IMG/VR virus record: IMGVR_UViG_3300033149_001159
Coordinates: 4,739-68,738 of that record
Source of the DNA: a virus
Direction: 5' to 3' (one strand)
Length of the DNA stretch: 64,000 nucleotides
Positions 34,793 to 43,548 of this stretch are shown piece by piece. Within the stretch, counting starts at the first letter, position 1; every line of letters starts with the position of its first letter. Position numbers and translations under genes: made by a program. The notes below the pieces were generated by a model. The model had not been told where the DNA came from. It was given only the letters and a program-made list of their open reading frames with translations, and searched no databases.

Positions 34793-34824
34793 TTTGGTTC
34801 CCTCCTGGACCCCTCCAGATGTAC

Positions 34825-34946
34825 AAAAGCCCCAAAGATAGTTGCCGCCCTTAGTTGCTACACCGTGGACAGAGTCACTATCTCTGGGGCTGTTTGCCAA
34901 ATTGTTCGGGCATCAAAAAGACTCTGCGCCCCACGATGTAGCACTA
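34825..34946 (-). ncRNA. structured leader RNA with two interlocking helices
   Basis: 34920-34946 pairs with 34852-34876; 34877-34895 pairs with 34825-34842; starts right after a consensus promoter. Confidence 0.6.
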
Positions 34947-34948
34947 CC

Positions 34949-34977
34949 ATTATATAGGCACGCGCCCGAATTGTCAA
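34949..34977 (-). promoter_or_regulatory. consensus promoter
   Basis: TTGACA-N17-TATAAT. Confidence 0.8.
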
Positions 34978-35170
34978 GTCTCACTTTCCGCGCCTGCCAG
35001 GAACTCCATAATGTCGGCTGCTGCACTAGGCACCCACGCAAGTCTTCTAAGTAATACTACGGCTCGATCTCTCTGCGCCCGCAGTTCCTCGTGGCTGTCC
35101 AGCACGCGCATTTCCTGGGCATACTCATAGAGAATACTACGCCGCCAGGCTATGTCTGCTTTGGAAAGTA

Positions 35171-36001
35171 TCATTGCTTCTTCTCCCATCTTTCTCTGAC
35201 AAGTTCAATGGCTTCTTTGCGATTGAGATTCCGCCATTCCATCAGCCGGTTCACGGAGCTCGAATGGCTAAGGCACAGGCTCTTGCCATTGCACACGGGC
35301 TCGTTACAGATAATGCACCTATCGCCGTCGCGGTGATGCAAATTGTAGTCATCCCGCCGCCTGGTTGCTAATTGCCGCGCCCTGGCGTAATGGCCTTCCG
35401 CCCTGCGGCGGGCGGCTTTTCTCCGTTCGGTATCTGCCCGCCACTTTTTGAAGGCTGCTGTCCATTCCTTTGATTTAGGTTGCCAGCACGGACAAGCACT
35501 TTTGGCCTTACATTTCGGGCATTTGGCCCAGTCACCCAGGCAGTTCTTGGGTAGTTCATCTGCTAAGCAGCAGTCTGGGCAATAGATATTTACTCCTGGG
35601 CACGGGGGAAGTGTTGCGTGCTTCCTGGGCTTGACAGCGCAACGCTCGCTGTTGCGCCGCCCCGTTAGCCCAAGGGTTTTGAACAAGTCATACATGCTGG
35701 ATGTACTGGCCCACCCCTGGCGTTCAGCTACTTGGTGAATGTTGTAGACCCATTTACCACTCTCGTCTTTCAGCAGGTAGTCGCGGTAAGCGGCTCGGAT
35801 ATTGCGTTCGTCGGGTGCCTGCCCCCGACGTTCCGTGAGATTTAGTCTATCAAAGTGCTTGTACAAGCGCGATGACCGTTGCCACCCCTGGCGCTCGCAC
35901 ACTTCAGCCACGGTATATGCCCACTCGCCGTCAACCCGCAGCCAGTAGTCAGCCCATGCAGCCCGAATGCGGGATTCCGGTGTCTTGACTCCGCGCGTCA
36001 C
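35171..36001 (-). CDS. tandem-HTH protein with Cys-rich C-terminus
   Basis: Internal duplication IRAAxxDY..W.Y...V.ERQGW..S..Y..F..L.LT.RR; many CxxC motifs. Confidence 0.65.
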   Translation of the reverse strand: MTRGVKTPESRIRAAWADYWLRVDGEWAYTVAEVCERQGWQRSSRLYKHFDRLNLTERRGQAPDERNIRAAYRDYLLKDESGKWVYNIHQVAERQGWASTSSMYDLFKTLGLTGRRNSERCAVKPRKHATLPPCPGVNIYCPDCCLADELPKNCLGDWAKCPKCKAKSACPCWQPKSKEWTAAFKKWRADTERRKAARRRAEGHYARARQLATRRRDDYNLHHRDGDRCIICNEPVCNGKSLCLSHSSSVNRLMEWRNLNRKEAIELVRERWEKKQ

Positions 36002-37317
36002 AATGGCAACCTCATCTGTTGCTGCGCTTTAGCAACCCTTTTCTTCGCAAGCTCCAAGTACCCAGGGTTCAACTCAATGCCTACGAATGAGCGGCCTTCT
36101 TCAATGCACACCTCGGCTGTTGTGCCACTGCCACAGAAAGGATCTAGAATGGTACAGGGCACAGGCCCGCCACCACAATCGCATTGCGGACGCCAGCCGA
36201 CGGTATGCCAAGTGTGTTCTTCATAGATATGCCCTACGTCGTTTCTATCGCCCTCGTTTCCTGGTTTGCTGAATGGGCGCGGCCTGGTAATAGCTGCCTT
36301 GTGTCGCTCAATCTCTCTCACCCACGCCTTGCCGCACTCAGGGCAGCAGCCCTTCCGGCTCGTCCCCGCAAGTATCATGGGGCGTATGAGTGCGCTAGGG
36401 AAAACTGCGAAGTGAGCTTCCCTGTACGGCTTCGTTGTCACTGTCCAGACAGTGCGCTTGTTGCGGCCCACCGCACACTTGGCAGCATCACTTCCCATAT
36501 ACTTGGAAAAGTGATTTTGTGGCCCGCATGGATAGTCGCGGTCTTCATTGCCTGCCCAGCCTGTTTGGTATCGTCGCTTAGTTCTATCTTGTAATGGCTC
36601 CCGTATCGCGTCCTGGTCATAGTAGTATTGCTTGCTCTTTGCCAGTAGGAACACGTATTCATGTGACCGAGTCGGCCTGTCTTTCACGCTCTCCGGCATA
36701 CAGTTTGGTTTGGTCCAGATGATGTCGCTTCGCAACCACCACCCGTCAGCCTGTAGCGCAAAGGCCACGCGCCAGGGTATGCCTACCAAGTCCTTAGGCT
36801 TGAGAATCGAATGACTCCAGTGCAGGTGAGGCATTCCCTGCAAGCTACCCGCGTTGGTGGCTTGCTTGTATCCCACAACGGAGCCGTGTTTGGTGTAGCC
36901 CTTACCGCTTCCTGCGTAAGAGTCCCCAAGGTTCAGCCACAGCGTCCCATCATCTCTCAGCACCCTTTTGATTTCCCGCATGATCTCTATAATGTGCTGT
37001 ACGTACAAACTTGGATCTGGCTCAAGTCCTAATGATCCCCTCCACGCACCGCAGAGCTGGCAAAACTGACTTGATGTGTCATGCGTGAGAGACTGAATAC
37101 CTTTATTGTTGCCAAAACCATCACCATGGGGGGATTTCTTGATAACCGCATCACCCCACATGTGCTCACATTCTGGATCTCCGCCCCATACTAGCGGGGG
37201 AAGTCCGTAGTCGCGGAGTCCCCAGTAAGGAGGGCTGGTTACGACACACTGCACAGATTGCTCTGGCAGTTGTTCCAGCACCTTGCGGGCATCACCCAGC
37301 AATAGCCTTACTGTCAT
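35998..37317 (-). CDS. site-specific DNA methyltransferase (N4-C/N6-A class)
   Basis: VTSPPYW and ILDPFCGSGTT. Confidence 0.92.
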   Translation of the reverse strand: MTVRLLLGDARKVLEQLPEQSVQCVVTSPPYWGLRDYGLPPLVWGGDPECEHMWGDAVIKKSPHGDGFGNNKGIQSLTHDTSSQFCQLCGAWRGSLGLEPDPSLYVQHIIEIMREIKRVLRDDGTLWLNLGDSYAGSGKGYTKHGSVVGYKQATNAGSLQGMPHLHWSHSILKPKDLVGIPWRVAFALQADGWWLRSDIIWTKPNCMPESVKDRPTRSHEYVFLLAKSKQYYYDQDAIREPLQDRTKRRYQTGWAGNEDRDYPCGPQNHFSKYMGSDAAKCAVGRNKRTVWTVTTKPYREAHFAVFPSALIRPMILAGTSRKGCCPECGKAWVREIERHKAAITRPRPFSKPGNEGDRNDVGHIYEEHTWHTVGWRPQCDCGGGPVPCTILDPFCGSGTTAEVCIEEGRSFVGIELNPGYLELAKKRVAKAQQQMRLPL

Positions 37318-37362
37318 TGGGCATCACCTCCTCTCGAATAAATGTCTGTTCCCGTGTTGGCC

Positions 37363-37596
37363 TCACGGCAGCGGTCCCAACCGATACAGCAGATCCGGCA
37401 CAGAATTGTAATGCCAGCAGGCGATGACACCGCTTTCCAAGGTTTGTTCATGGGGCACGCCCGACATCAGTCCGCGCTCCAACACGCGCTCCAGTTGTGT
37501 CATGCTCATAACAACACGCTCTGGCAGCTGATCATGTTTGCGCTGGTAGTGCGCAATAGCCTGGTCTAGCGGTGTCAGTGCAAATGAGAACAGCAT
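37363..37596 (-). CDS. hypothetical protein
   Basis: ORF in operon orientation. Confidence 0.45.
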   Translation of the reverse strand: MLFSFALTPLDQAIAHYQRKHDQLPERVVMSMTQLERVLERGLMSGVPHEQTLESGVIACWHYNSVPDLLYRLGPLP

Positions 37597-37622
37597 CCAC
37601 TTCTTGTTCAGGTCGGGCCATT

Positions 37623-38162
37623 CTAGTTCACGTTTCGTAGTGATAGGTACACCTCCCCTTCTTCTATTTCGCCTTCAATTTGTAACGGCTCAATTTCCCA
37701 CCGTAACGGATTCTCCGTAATCTTCAACCAGCCGGTACCTGTAACCCTACAAGGCAGTTCCCTGCCCCGCCTTTCAGCGGCCAACCTTCTAAGCTCATCC
37801 CGTGGCATGATCCCATCTACAACCGCAAGCTCTAGTAGTTCCTTTTGGTCGGGCTCAGGCAACGCAGCTACTGCATCGTAGTGGCTTATCCCTAGTCCGG
37901 CTTGCCGTACCGCGTGCGGTACACGGCGCATAATACTTGCCCAGTTCCTAAGTGTCTGTTTCTTGCGTTCGGGCAACCAGTCGGGGAAGGCGTCTTCCCA
38001 GGTGTCGGGAAAGTGCAGCTTCCCGTAGTTGATAAGGTCCCCTAGTATCAGCGGGTTCGCTATTTGGACCCCAATGTGAAACTGTAGGCGTTCAGCCCAT
38101 TCCTGCTCACTAATCTCTTCTTGGATGGTGACGCCTAGTGAAACGTCTACGATGTCAGTCAT
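37623..38162 (-). CDS. putative DNA-binding protein (LmbU-like)
   Basis: LGD..NYG..QTLRNWAS..SHYDAVAALP..Q..LL..A..ELR; GGAGG RBS. Confidence 0.5.
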   Translation of the reverse strand: MTDIVDVSLGVTIQEEISEQEWAERLQFHIGVQIANPLILGDLINYGKLHFPDTWEDAFPDWLPERKKQTLRNWASIMRRVPHAVRQAGLGISHYDAVAALPEPDQKELLELAVVDGIMPRDELRRLAAERRGRELPCRVTGTGWLKITENPLRWEIEPLQIEGEIEEGEVYLSLRNVN

Positions 38163-38169
38163 GTGCCTC

Positions 38170-39744
38170 CTATAGTAATGTCGGTTGCTGCGTCCAGTAC
38201 GCTATCCGCGCTCTTGCTATCTCACAAGCGTGTTCGCTCATGTCTATCGCGAGCCAGTTGCGCCAACCTGCAAGTATGGCACCAAGCGCTTCTGAGCCGG
38301 TACCCGAAAATGGGATCAGGATCGCGGCCTTGTCTCTGTACTCTTCTGGAACCAGGAGTAGCCTGGCCAGATATTCTGTAATTTTCAGTGGCTTTACCGT
38401 AGGCCAGTCATTGCGGATGCACTTGCCTTCCTTGCCGTTTATGGTGTGCTTTGTGGTATCCACACCACCGCACTTGACGCACGGCAGGACGCCGAGCAAG
38501 CCCTTCTCGCGCTCGCTCCGAGATGCCTTGGCGGTGTAAAAGAAGCGGGAGGCTGTGCCCTTGTCGCCGTAATTGTCTGGGGCATTGCTTGTTCCAGAAT
38601 GCAACTTTGTGCTAAGAAGGCCCACGCCAGCCTTGCCTTGGCGGGCAGATGCATGGCGATAGGTGCCACTCTTGCGTTCCCCCGCCTGCTCATCCAGCAT
38701 CTTGACGGCACACCCATCCTGGCAGATAAAGTCAGCCACCTCCTCTGTGCCGTCGGGGGAGGTGTAGCCTTGGGTGACGAAGCCTATTGGTCGGCCACCC
38801 TCTATGCCTAGCCCGCCAGTCTGTGACTTGGTGCTATCGCCCGTATGTTCCACGCGGGGCCGTGTGCCCTTCACCTTCCGCGTACCAACCTGTTGGCACC
38901 TAGGGGAATGGGAGAAAAGTACGTTACTTGGATACCTCCCGCGATTCTCTGTGCGATACTGTCCATCCCATGCCTGAAACTTCCCGTAGGCTACAGTGTC
39001 TACAGGGCCACCATTAGGATTGCTTCGACCTGTCTTGACACTTCGTTGTTCCGTCCCTATCCTGCACCCATCCACGTTGATCGCCCCGCTACCATGCTCT
39101 GTGATAGCGTCTATCCGTGACTTGCCATAGGGAGCGTTCATCAAAAGGATGGGCTCCGCCGCTGGCTTCAAGCTCTGGCGGCCATACTTCCAGCCGTCCC
39201 ACGTTTGGGCTAAGGGTGTGGCGGGGGCGGTGACGTTCGGCGTCGTGCGCCCGTTGCCCTTCGTGTTCCAACCATAGCGCCCCGTTCCGCTATCTGTACA
39301 TGGCGCTGGATGTTTACCCACCACTTCCCGCTCTGCGCCTGCTCGTTTGTCAATCTGCTTACTCACGTCTGTACTTTTTGGAAATCCGCTGGAGTACATC
39401 CAATAGAGGCAGGAGTTGTCCTCAAACCCCGCCAGCCTCATGCTGACGCCCATCAAGTCTTGTGTCCTGCACCCTGAGAACGCCATGATGAACGCGCCTG
39501 GGCTGAGAACGCGCAACACTTCGCGCCACGTTTCGGGGCTGGGTACAGCATCCCAGTCGCGCCCCATAAACCCAGACGTCTGTAAGTGCTCGCCGTCCGT
39601 CCCGTCCAGCCAATGCCTAAGCAGGCCGTGTATGTCCTTTACCGTACCAAGGCCGTATGGCGGATCTGTCAAGACCGCCTGGAACGTTCCTGGCGGGTAG
39701 TCTTTCAACACGTCTTCAACTTTGCCACAGATGACTTTGTTCAT
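38170..39744 (-). CDS. DNA methyltransferase (N6-A/N4-C class)
   Basis: LTDPPYG, W.YSSGFPKS, LKPAAEPI, RFFYTAKAS, PTVKP, PFSGTGS. Confidence 0.92.
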   Translation of the reverse strand: MNKVICGKVEDVLKDYPPGTFQAVLTDPPYGLGTVKDIHGLLRHWLDGTDGEHLQTSGFMGRDWDAVPSPETWREVLRVLSPGAFIMAFSGCRTQDLMGVSMRLAGFEDNSCLYWMYSSGFPKSTDVSKQIDKRAGAEREVVGKHPAPCTDSGTGRYGWNTKGNGRTTPNVTAPATPLAQTWDGWKYGRQSLKPAAEPILLMNAPYGKSRIDAITEHGSGAINVDGCRIGTEQRSVKTGRSNPNGGPVDTVAYGKFQAWDGQYRTENRGRYPSNVLFSHSPRCQQVGTRKVKGTRPRVEHTGDSTKSQTGGLGIEGGRPIGFVTQGYTSPDGTEEVADFICQDGCAVKMLDEQAGERKSGTYRHASARQGKAGVGLLSTKLHSGTSNAPDNYGDKGTASRFFYTAKASRSEREKGLLGVLPCVKCGGVDTTKHTINGKEGKCIRNDWPTVKPLKITEYLARLLLVPEEYRDKAAILIPFSGTGSEALGAILAGWRNWLAIDMSEHACEIARARIAYWTQQPTLL

Positions 39745-39778
39745 ATTCCCCCTGTGCTCATTTGGGTGCAATGGGGTG

Positions 39779-39871
39779 GAGCGGCGACACCCCGTTCGTG
39801 CCTACCAAAGCACTTGTTGTGCATTCTAACCTCAAGCGTGTTTTGCAGCTAACCCGCTGCTGTTGCCGCTC
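39779..39871 (-). ncRNA. multi-branch structured RNA of unknown family
   Basis: Closing stem GAGCGGCAACA/TGTCGCCGCTC enclosing GCAGC-GGGTTA-GCTGC and GTGCTT-TGGT-AGGCAC hairpins with A/C-rich linkers. Confidence 0.5.
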
Positions 39872-39874
39872 TAG

Positions 39875-39942
39875 GGTGGTTGGTGGGAGTTGAACCCACA
39901 GCGCTTAGCGTCACAGGCCAGCGCGAGCCGCTCTCAACCACC
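39875..39942 (-). tRNA. tRNA-His(GUG)-like element with reduced D-arm
   Basis: G-1:C73 plus GTGGTTG/CAACCAC acceptor stem; anticodon loop CT-GTG-AC; canonical GTGGG-TTCAACT-CCCAC T-arm; only 13 nt between acceptor and anticodon stems; CTA in place of CCA. Confidence 0.65.
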
Positions 39943-39947
39943 GTGTG

Positions 39948-40175
39948 CTACTCTATCGCGTCCCAGGCTTCTATCTGTTCCGCAGTCACACCAAGTTCCA
40001 GCGCGATCCACTTCCGCACGAATGGCTTGCTGGACGGAACGATGGTCACGCCCTCGTCCTGCATCATGCCATGGGAGTAACGCCGTTCGTCACGCCGACG
40101 CTCTTCTTCGCGCCTTGCTTGTGCGTCGATACGGTCATTCTCGTATTCTTCGTCGCGGTAGCTAAGAAGCATCAT
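39948..40175 (-). CDS. hypothetical protein
   Basis: Coupled ORF. Confidence 0.45.
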   Translation of the reverse strand: MMLLSYRDEEYENDRIDAQARREEERRRDERRYSHGMMQDEGVTIVPSSKPFVRKWIALELGVTAEQIEAWDAIE

Positions 40176-40380
40176 TCCCCCCCCCGAACTGTGTCATCAG
40201 ATCGGCCCTATCGTCATCGGCACCATCTAGTGCGATGACAGCGTGACAGCGTGGGCACGTCCAAAACTGTCCGTCCCAGTTCATCCACGTTTCGCAGTCC
40301 GCGCACCACTCTGCCTTCTCATAACCATCGTCCTCCGGCACTCTGTTGCTCACGCAGAAGTCAACACTGTTAGGCATCAT
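40162..40380 (-). CDS. small Zn-ribbon protein
   Basis: CADCE..CPRCH. Confidence 0.5.
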   Translation of the reverse strand: MMPNSVDFCVSNRVPEDDGYEKAEWCADCETWMNWDGQFWTCPRCHAVIALDGADDDRADLMTQFGGGNDAS

Positions 40381-40783
40381 GCTCCTTCCCGTAGAGATCG
40401 TCTATGCACAACTGCCCAAGTTCCTGTCTGATTTCTTGCACAATCATAGCGAGCTCTTGGACCGCTAGCGGGTTCAGTTCGCGGTCATCGAGCAACCAAT
40501 CCAAAGTTGCACCGACCTGGGCGGCTGTCACCCGCTCATCTTTGAGTGAGTCCCACCCCCAAACGTAACGAGTGAACAGCCGCCTTGCGTCTACTCCGTC
40601 TTTATGAGCTTGCTGGAGCTTTCCCGCCAGTAGGCCCCTTTGCGCTTTGCTTGGCGGCCAGGGGTAACCGTACTTCTCCGCCTTTTTGGTCAGCCATTTC
40701 TTGACTTGTGTCGGGCTTGCTGGTCTCATGTTTGCCTTTCTGGATCTCGAACGGTGGCAGTAGGTAGGTGATGTCAAACTCAC
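40370..40783 (-). CDS. hypothetical protein
   Basis: Coupled to ATPase gene. Confidence 0.5.
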   Translation of the reverse strand: MSLTSPTYCHRSRSRKANMRPASPTQVKKWLTKKAEKYGYPWPPSKAQRGLLAGKLQQAHKDGVDARRLFTRYVWGWDSLKDERVTAAQVGATLDWLLDDRELNPLAVQELAMIVQEIRQELGQLCIDDLYGKEHDA

Positions 40784-41742
40784 GCATCGTCTTGGTATGT
40801 CCCTTCAGGTGCAAGGATGTCTGCGTCATCGGCAGCAAGCTTGGCGTCTATCCCCACTTCGTGAGCCTCATCCTTTATGGCAGCGCCTATGGCTTCGTCC
40901 AAGTCCGCAAAGAATTGCTTGCCCGTTTTGTAGCCCTTGGGGTCAGGCACATTCAATAGTCCGCAGGCTTCTTCTTCGTCAATGCCGCGCGTCGCAAGCT
41001 GGGCCATGTATTGGCCGCGATTCGTTTCGCTCCAGTGTGGCTTGGGCGGGCGCTTCTTGCCCTTCAGCCACGCCAGGAGAACCTCGGCGAGCTCCTTCCC
41101 CGGCAAGGGCCAAGTCTTTTGTTCCGCTAGGTCAGGGCATCGTGTCTTCTGCACAACGCCGGTATTCTTCATGTTCATGTCCAACACCACGTCAAATTCG
41201 TACTCTACACTATCTCTCTGGACGGGTGCAAGCCCCACCTTCTTGACCGCTAGCTTACCCCTGTCATCTGTGTCCATGGCGTACTTCATCTTACTTCGCA
41301 TGGTGCAAATGACATGGATGTCCGATGCTAGAATAGCTTCAATAAACTGGTTCTGCAACTTCCCCGCCGGTCTCCACGCAGTGAAGTCGCTAAACTCTCT
41401 TTGCGCGGCGTAGTCGTCCTTGATCTCCAGAACACCGCCCGACCCCGCCCAAGCATGAGAAATGCTGTCCATAATCACCACATCATAGCCCTCCGTAGCT
41501 GCTTCGTTCATAAGCGCAATGAACCGCGACGGGGTGTAGGGCGGGTCAAGCGCAACGTGGTCGAATGTAAAGACATTTGCATACTTTGCCGCAGACCCGT
41601 GTTCTGTGTCTATCACAGCAATTCGCTTTCCCAAGACCGATGCTATCGCAAGAGCTGTCCAAGTCTTCCCTGACCCGCTCGGCCCGATGATAGCAAGCCG
41701 TAGCTTGCCTTCGTACTTTACCGCTGGTTGAAAACTTTTCAT
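40780..41742 (-). CDS. AAA ATPase (AAA_24 / Sak4-like recombination protein)
   Basis: GPSGSGKT, VIDTEHGS, IMDSISH, EYEFD..KTR. Confidence 0.88.
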   Translation of the reverse strand: MKSFQPAVKYEGKLRLAIIGPSGSGKTWTALAIASVLGKRIAVIDTEHGSAAKYANVFTFDHVALDPPYTPSRFIALMNEAATEGYDVVIMDSISHAWAGSGGVLEIKDDYAAQREFSDFTAWRPAGKLQNQFIEAILASDIHVICTMRSKMKYAMDTDDRGKLAVKKVGLAPVQRDSVEYEFDVVLDMNMKNTGVVQKTRCPDLAEQKTWPLPGKELAEVLLAWLKGKKRPPKPHWSETNRGQYMAQLATRGIDEEEACGLLNVPDPKGYKTGKQFFADLDEAIGAAIKDEAHEVGIDAKLAADDADILAPEGTYQDDA

Positions 41743-42049
41743 GTTAGTCTCCTTTCAGGTTAGTATGCCAAACACGCAAAGTGCGAGCAGGGCGAGGGTA
41801 ATCCACATCGCCCCCCACCTTCTTTCTGCCACCTCATCGAAGACGTTGAGAAGCAACGCCCCCGCGCAGAAGGCATTGACCAAATCTGCTAGTTCGTACA
41901 TCATTCTCCTTTCATACCGCGTGCGGTACTAGCCGCTATACACAAGCTTATCAGCAACATTCCTAGGAACATACCCGCGAACAGACCCGCGGTAAACGGT
42001 ACCATAGTTGCCTCCTTTGTAAGAACCGCCCTCGTTGTACGACATTCCC

Positions 42050-42078
42050 ATTATATACGCAAAGTAGCCCCGTGTCAA
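42050..42078 (-). promoter_or_regulatory. consensus promoter
   Basis: TTGACA-N17-TATAAT. Confidence 0.8.
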
Positions 42079-42590
42079 GTGTCGGCTTGGTTACAACCAT
42101 CAGCAAGGGCGTCTAGCCGGTTTTGCAGTTCATTCATCTGGCCGAAGCGTTCGTCCATGCGTTCAATCAGCCCAACCAGAACGTCAATCTGGTTGCGGTT
42201 CTTTTCTGTGGCTTCGTCCAAGTTTGCAAAGTGCAAGTCACTGCTCGCCTTGTACTGCTTAGCGCTTGCAGAAACCCTTCGGTCAACCTCTTGCAAGATA
42301 CGGTTCACAATGTGTTGCACTAGTGCCCCGTAAGCCTTCAGCACCCCCCCCGCCACATTTTGGACCTTATCAAACATCTCTTCTGAGCGCTCTTCCTTGT
42401 CATAGCACTGTGCCTTTAGCCCTTCCCTTGTAGACGTGAGCCTAAACCACCTACCAGGGGCCAGCTCATTCCACGTCAAATCGGCAAGGATGCGAGCCAC
42501 GCCCCCCTTAGGCACAAAGGTGACAAAAATCTCGTGACGGGCGGGATACCCGTCGTCGTTCGTTGAAACGCGCCTAAACTTGACATCCAT
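42075..42590 (-). CDS. hypothetical protein with C-terminal coiled coil
   Basis: 171-aa ORF in operon orientation. Confidence 0.55.
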   Translation of the reverse strand: MDVKFRRVSTNDDGYPARHEIFVTFVPKGGVARILADLTWNELAPGRWFRLTSTREGLKAQCYDKEERSEEMFDKVQNVAGGVLKAYGALVQHIVNRILQEVDRRVSASAKQYKASSDLHFANLDEATEKNRNQIDVLVGLIERMDERFGQMNELQNRLDALADGCNQADT

Positions 42591-42591
42591 A

Positions 42592-42801
42592 TCAGCCCCC
42601 TATCAGCTTTGCTATTTGTGTCCGGTTCGTAAACCGAAACAGCCTACATATCACATCCTCGCGATCCCAGTACAGTGCGAATTGTGAGCTTGGGATGGCC
42701 CGAAACGAGCCATCCGCAAACTCGACAATATCCCCCCCTTGCCACGCGTCACAGTTCCGCGCAGCTTCTTCTAGTGCTTCTTGTAGCGTCATGCGCTCCA
42801 C
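42592..42801 (-). CDS. hypothetical protein
   Basis: Coupled ORF. Confidence 0.45.
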   Translation of the reverse strand: MERMTLQEALEEAARNCDAWQGGDIVEFADGSFRAIPSSQFALYWDREDVICRLFRFTNRTQIAKLIGG

Positions 42802-43547
42802 ATCAGGTAGTAGTCGTCTGTATCAGGCTGTGCTAGAACGTAGTCAATCGTTTCCAGCACAATCTCAAGTGCTTGTAGGTACCAGTCCAACCCATTGTCT
42901 TCGCACACCAAGTGTAAGGCTGGTTCGCCTAGTACTGTTTGTCCTGGTATCGCTGCATAGATGGTTGTTCCTTTGGGCCAGAACTCCCCCCGCCCGCTGC
43001 TATACCCATCGGGGAAAGCCGGTGCGCGTTTGCGTTCTTCTGCAAACGCTTGTAGGGCATCATAAGGGGTTCTAGGCGAAGCTGGCCCAAGCATTGGCCT
43101 TGCAGCGACTGTTATCACGTTGAAGTGGCCTATGTCTGACGCCATGTACGCCTTTAGGGCTTCGATAGCTTGTTCGGCACGTACTTTGCTCGCCCCCCAA
43201 TCGGGCGTGAGTTCATATTTGTCTCCCGCCCCGAAGATGTCGTACAGATCAGGAACCCCCACCCTTCGCAGGACTTGGTTTATCCCCCTTGGATTGTAGC
43301 TACTTCGGAAGTACCCCATGTCAAACAGGTGGCTGGGATACTGAGCAGACGGTTCGCGAACACCTAGGCGCGCAGGGTGGCAACCCCAGTCATCCAGGCC
43401 AAGGCCTTTTGCCACAGCCCTGGCCTTTTCATATGCGGTGTTCGCGTCGGCCTTGTACAGCGCGTCACATTCCGTCTCATATAGTGCTTCGATTCGTGCT
43501 GCCTCTGCCTTATCCGCGCACTTGTACAAATGCACATCCAAACCCAT
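42789..43547 (-). CDS. hypothetical phage protein
   Basis: MGLDVHLY start, GYFRSSYN motif, GAGGTG RBS. Confidence 0.65.
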   Translation of the reverse strand: MGLDVHLYKCADKAEAARIEALYETECDALYKADANTAYEKARAVAKGLGLDDWGCHPARLGVREPSAQYPSHLFDMGYFRSSYNPRGINQVLRRVGVPDLYDIFGAGDKYELTPDWGASKVRAEQAIEALKAYMASDIGHFNVITVAARPMLGPASPRTPYDALQAFAEERKRAPAFPDGYSSGRGEFWPKGTTIYAAIPGQTVLGEPALHLVCEDNGLDWYLQALEIVLETIDYVLAQPDTDDYYLMWSA

Positions 43548-43548
43548 G

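Noticed and set aside
34793-34900. N-terminal extension of the HNH gene from TTG 34900
   Set aside because: A GGAGG-preceded GTG at 34792 gives MSVKW, matching the MSVKA start of the next gene; the upstream part is better explained as structured leader.
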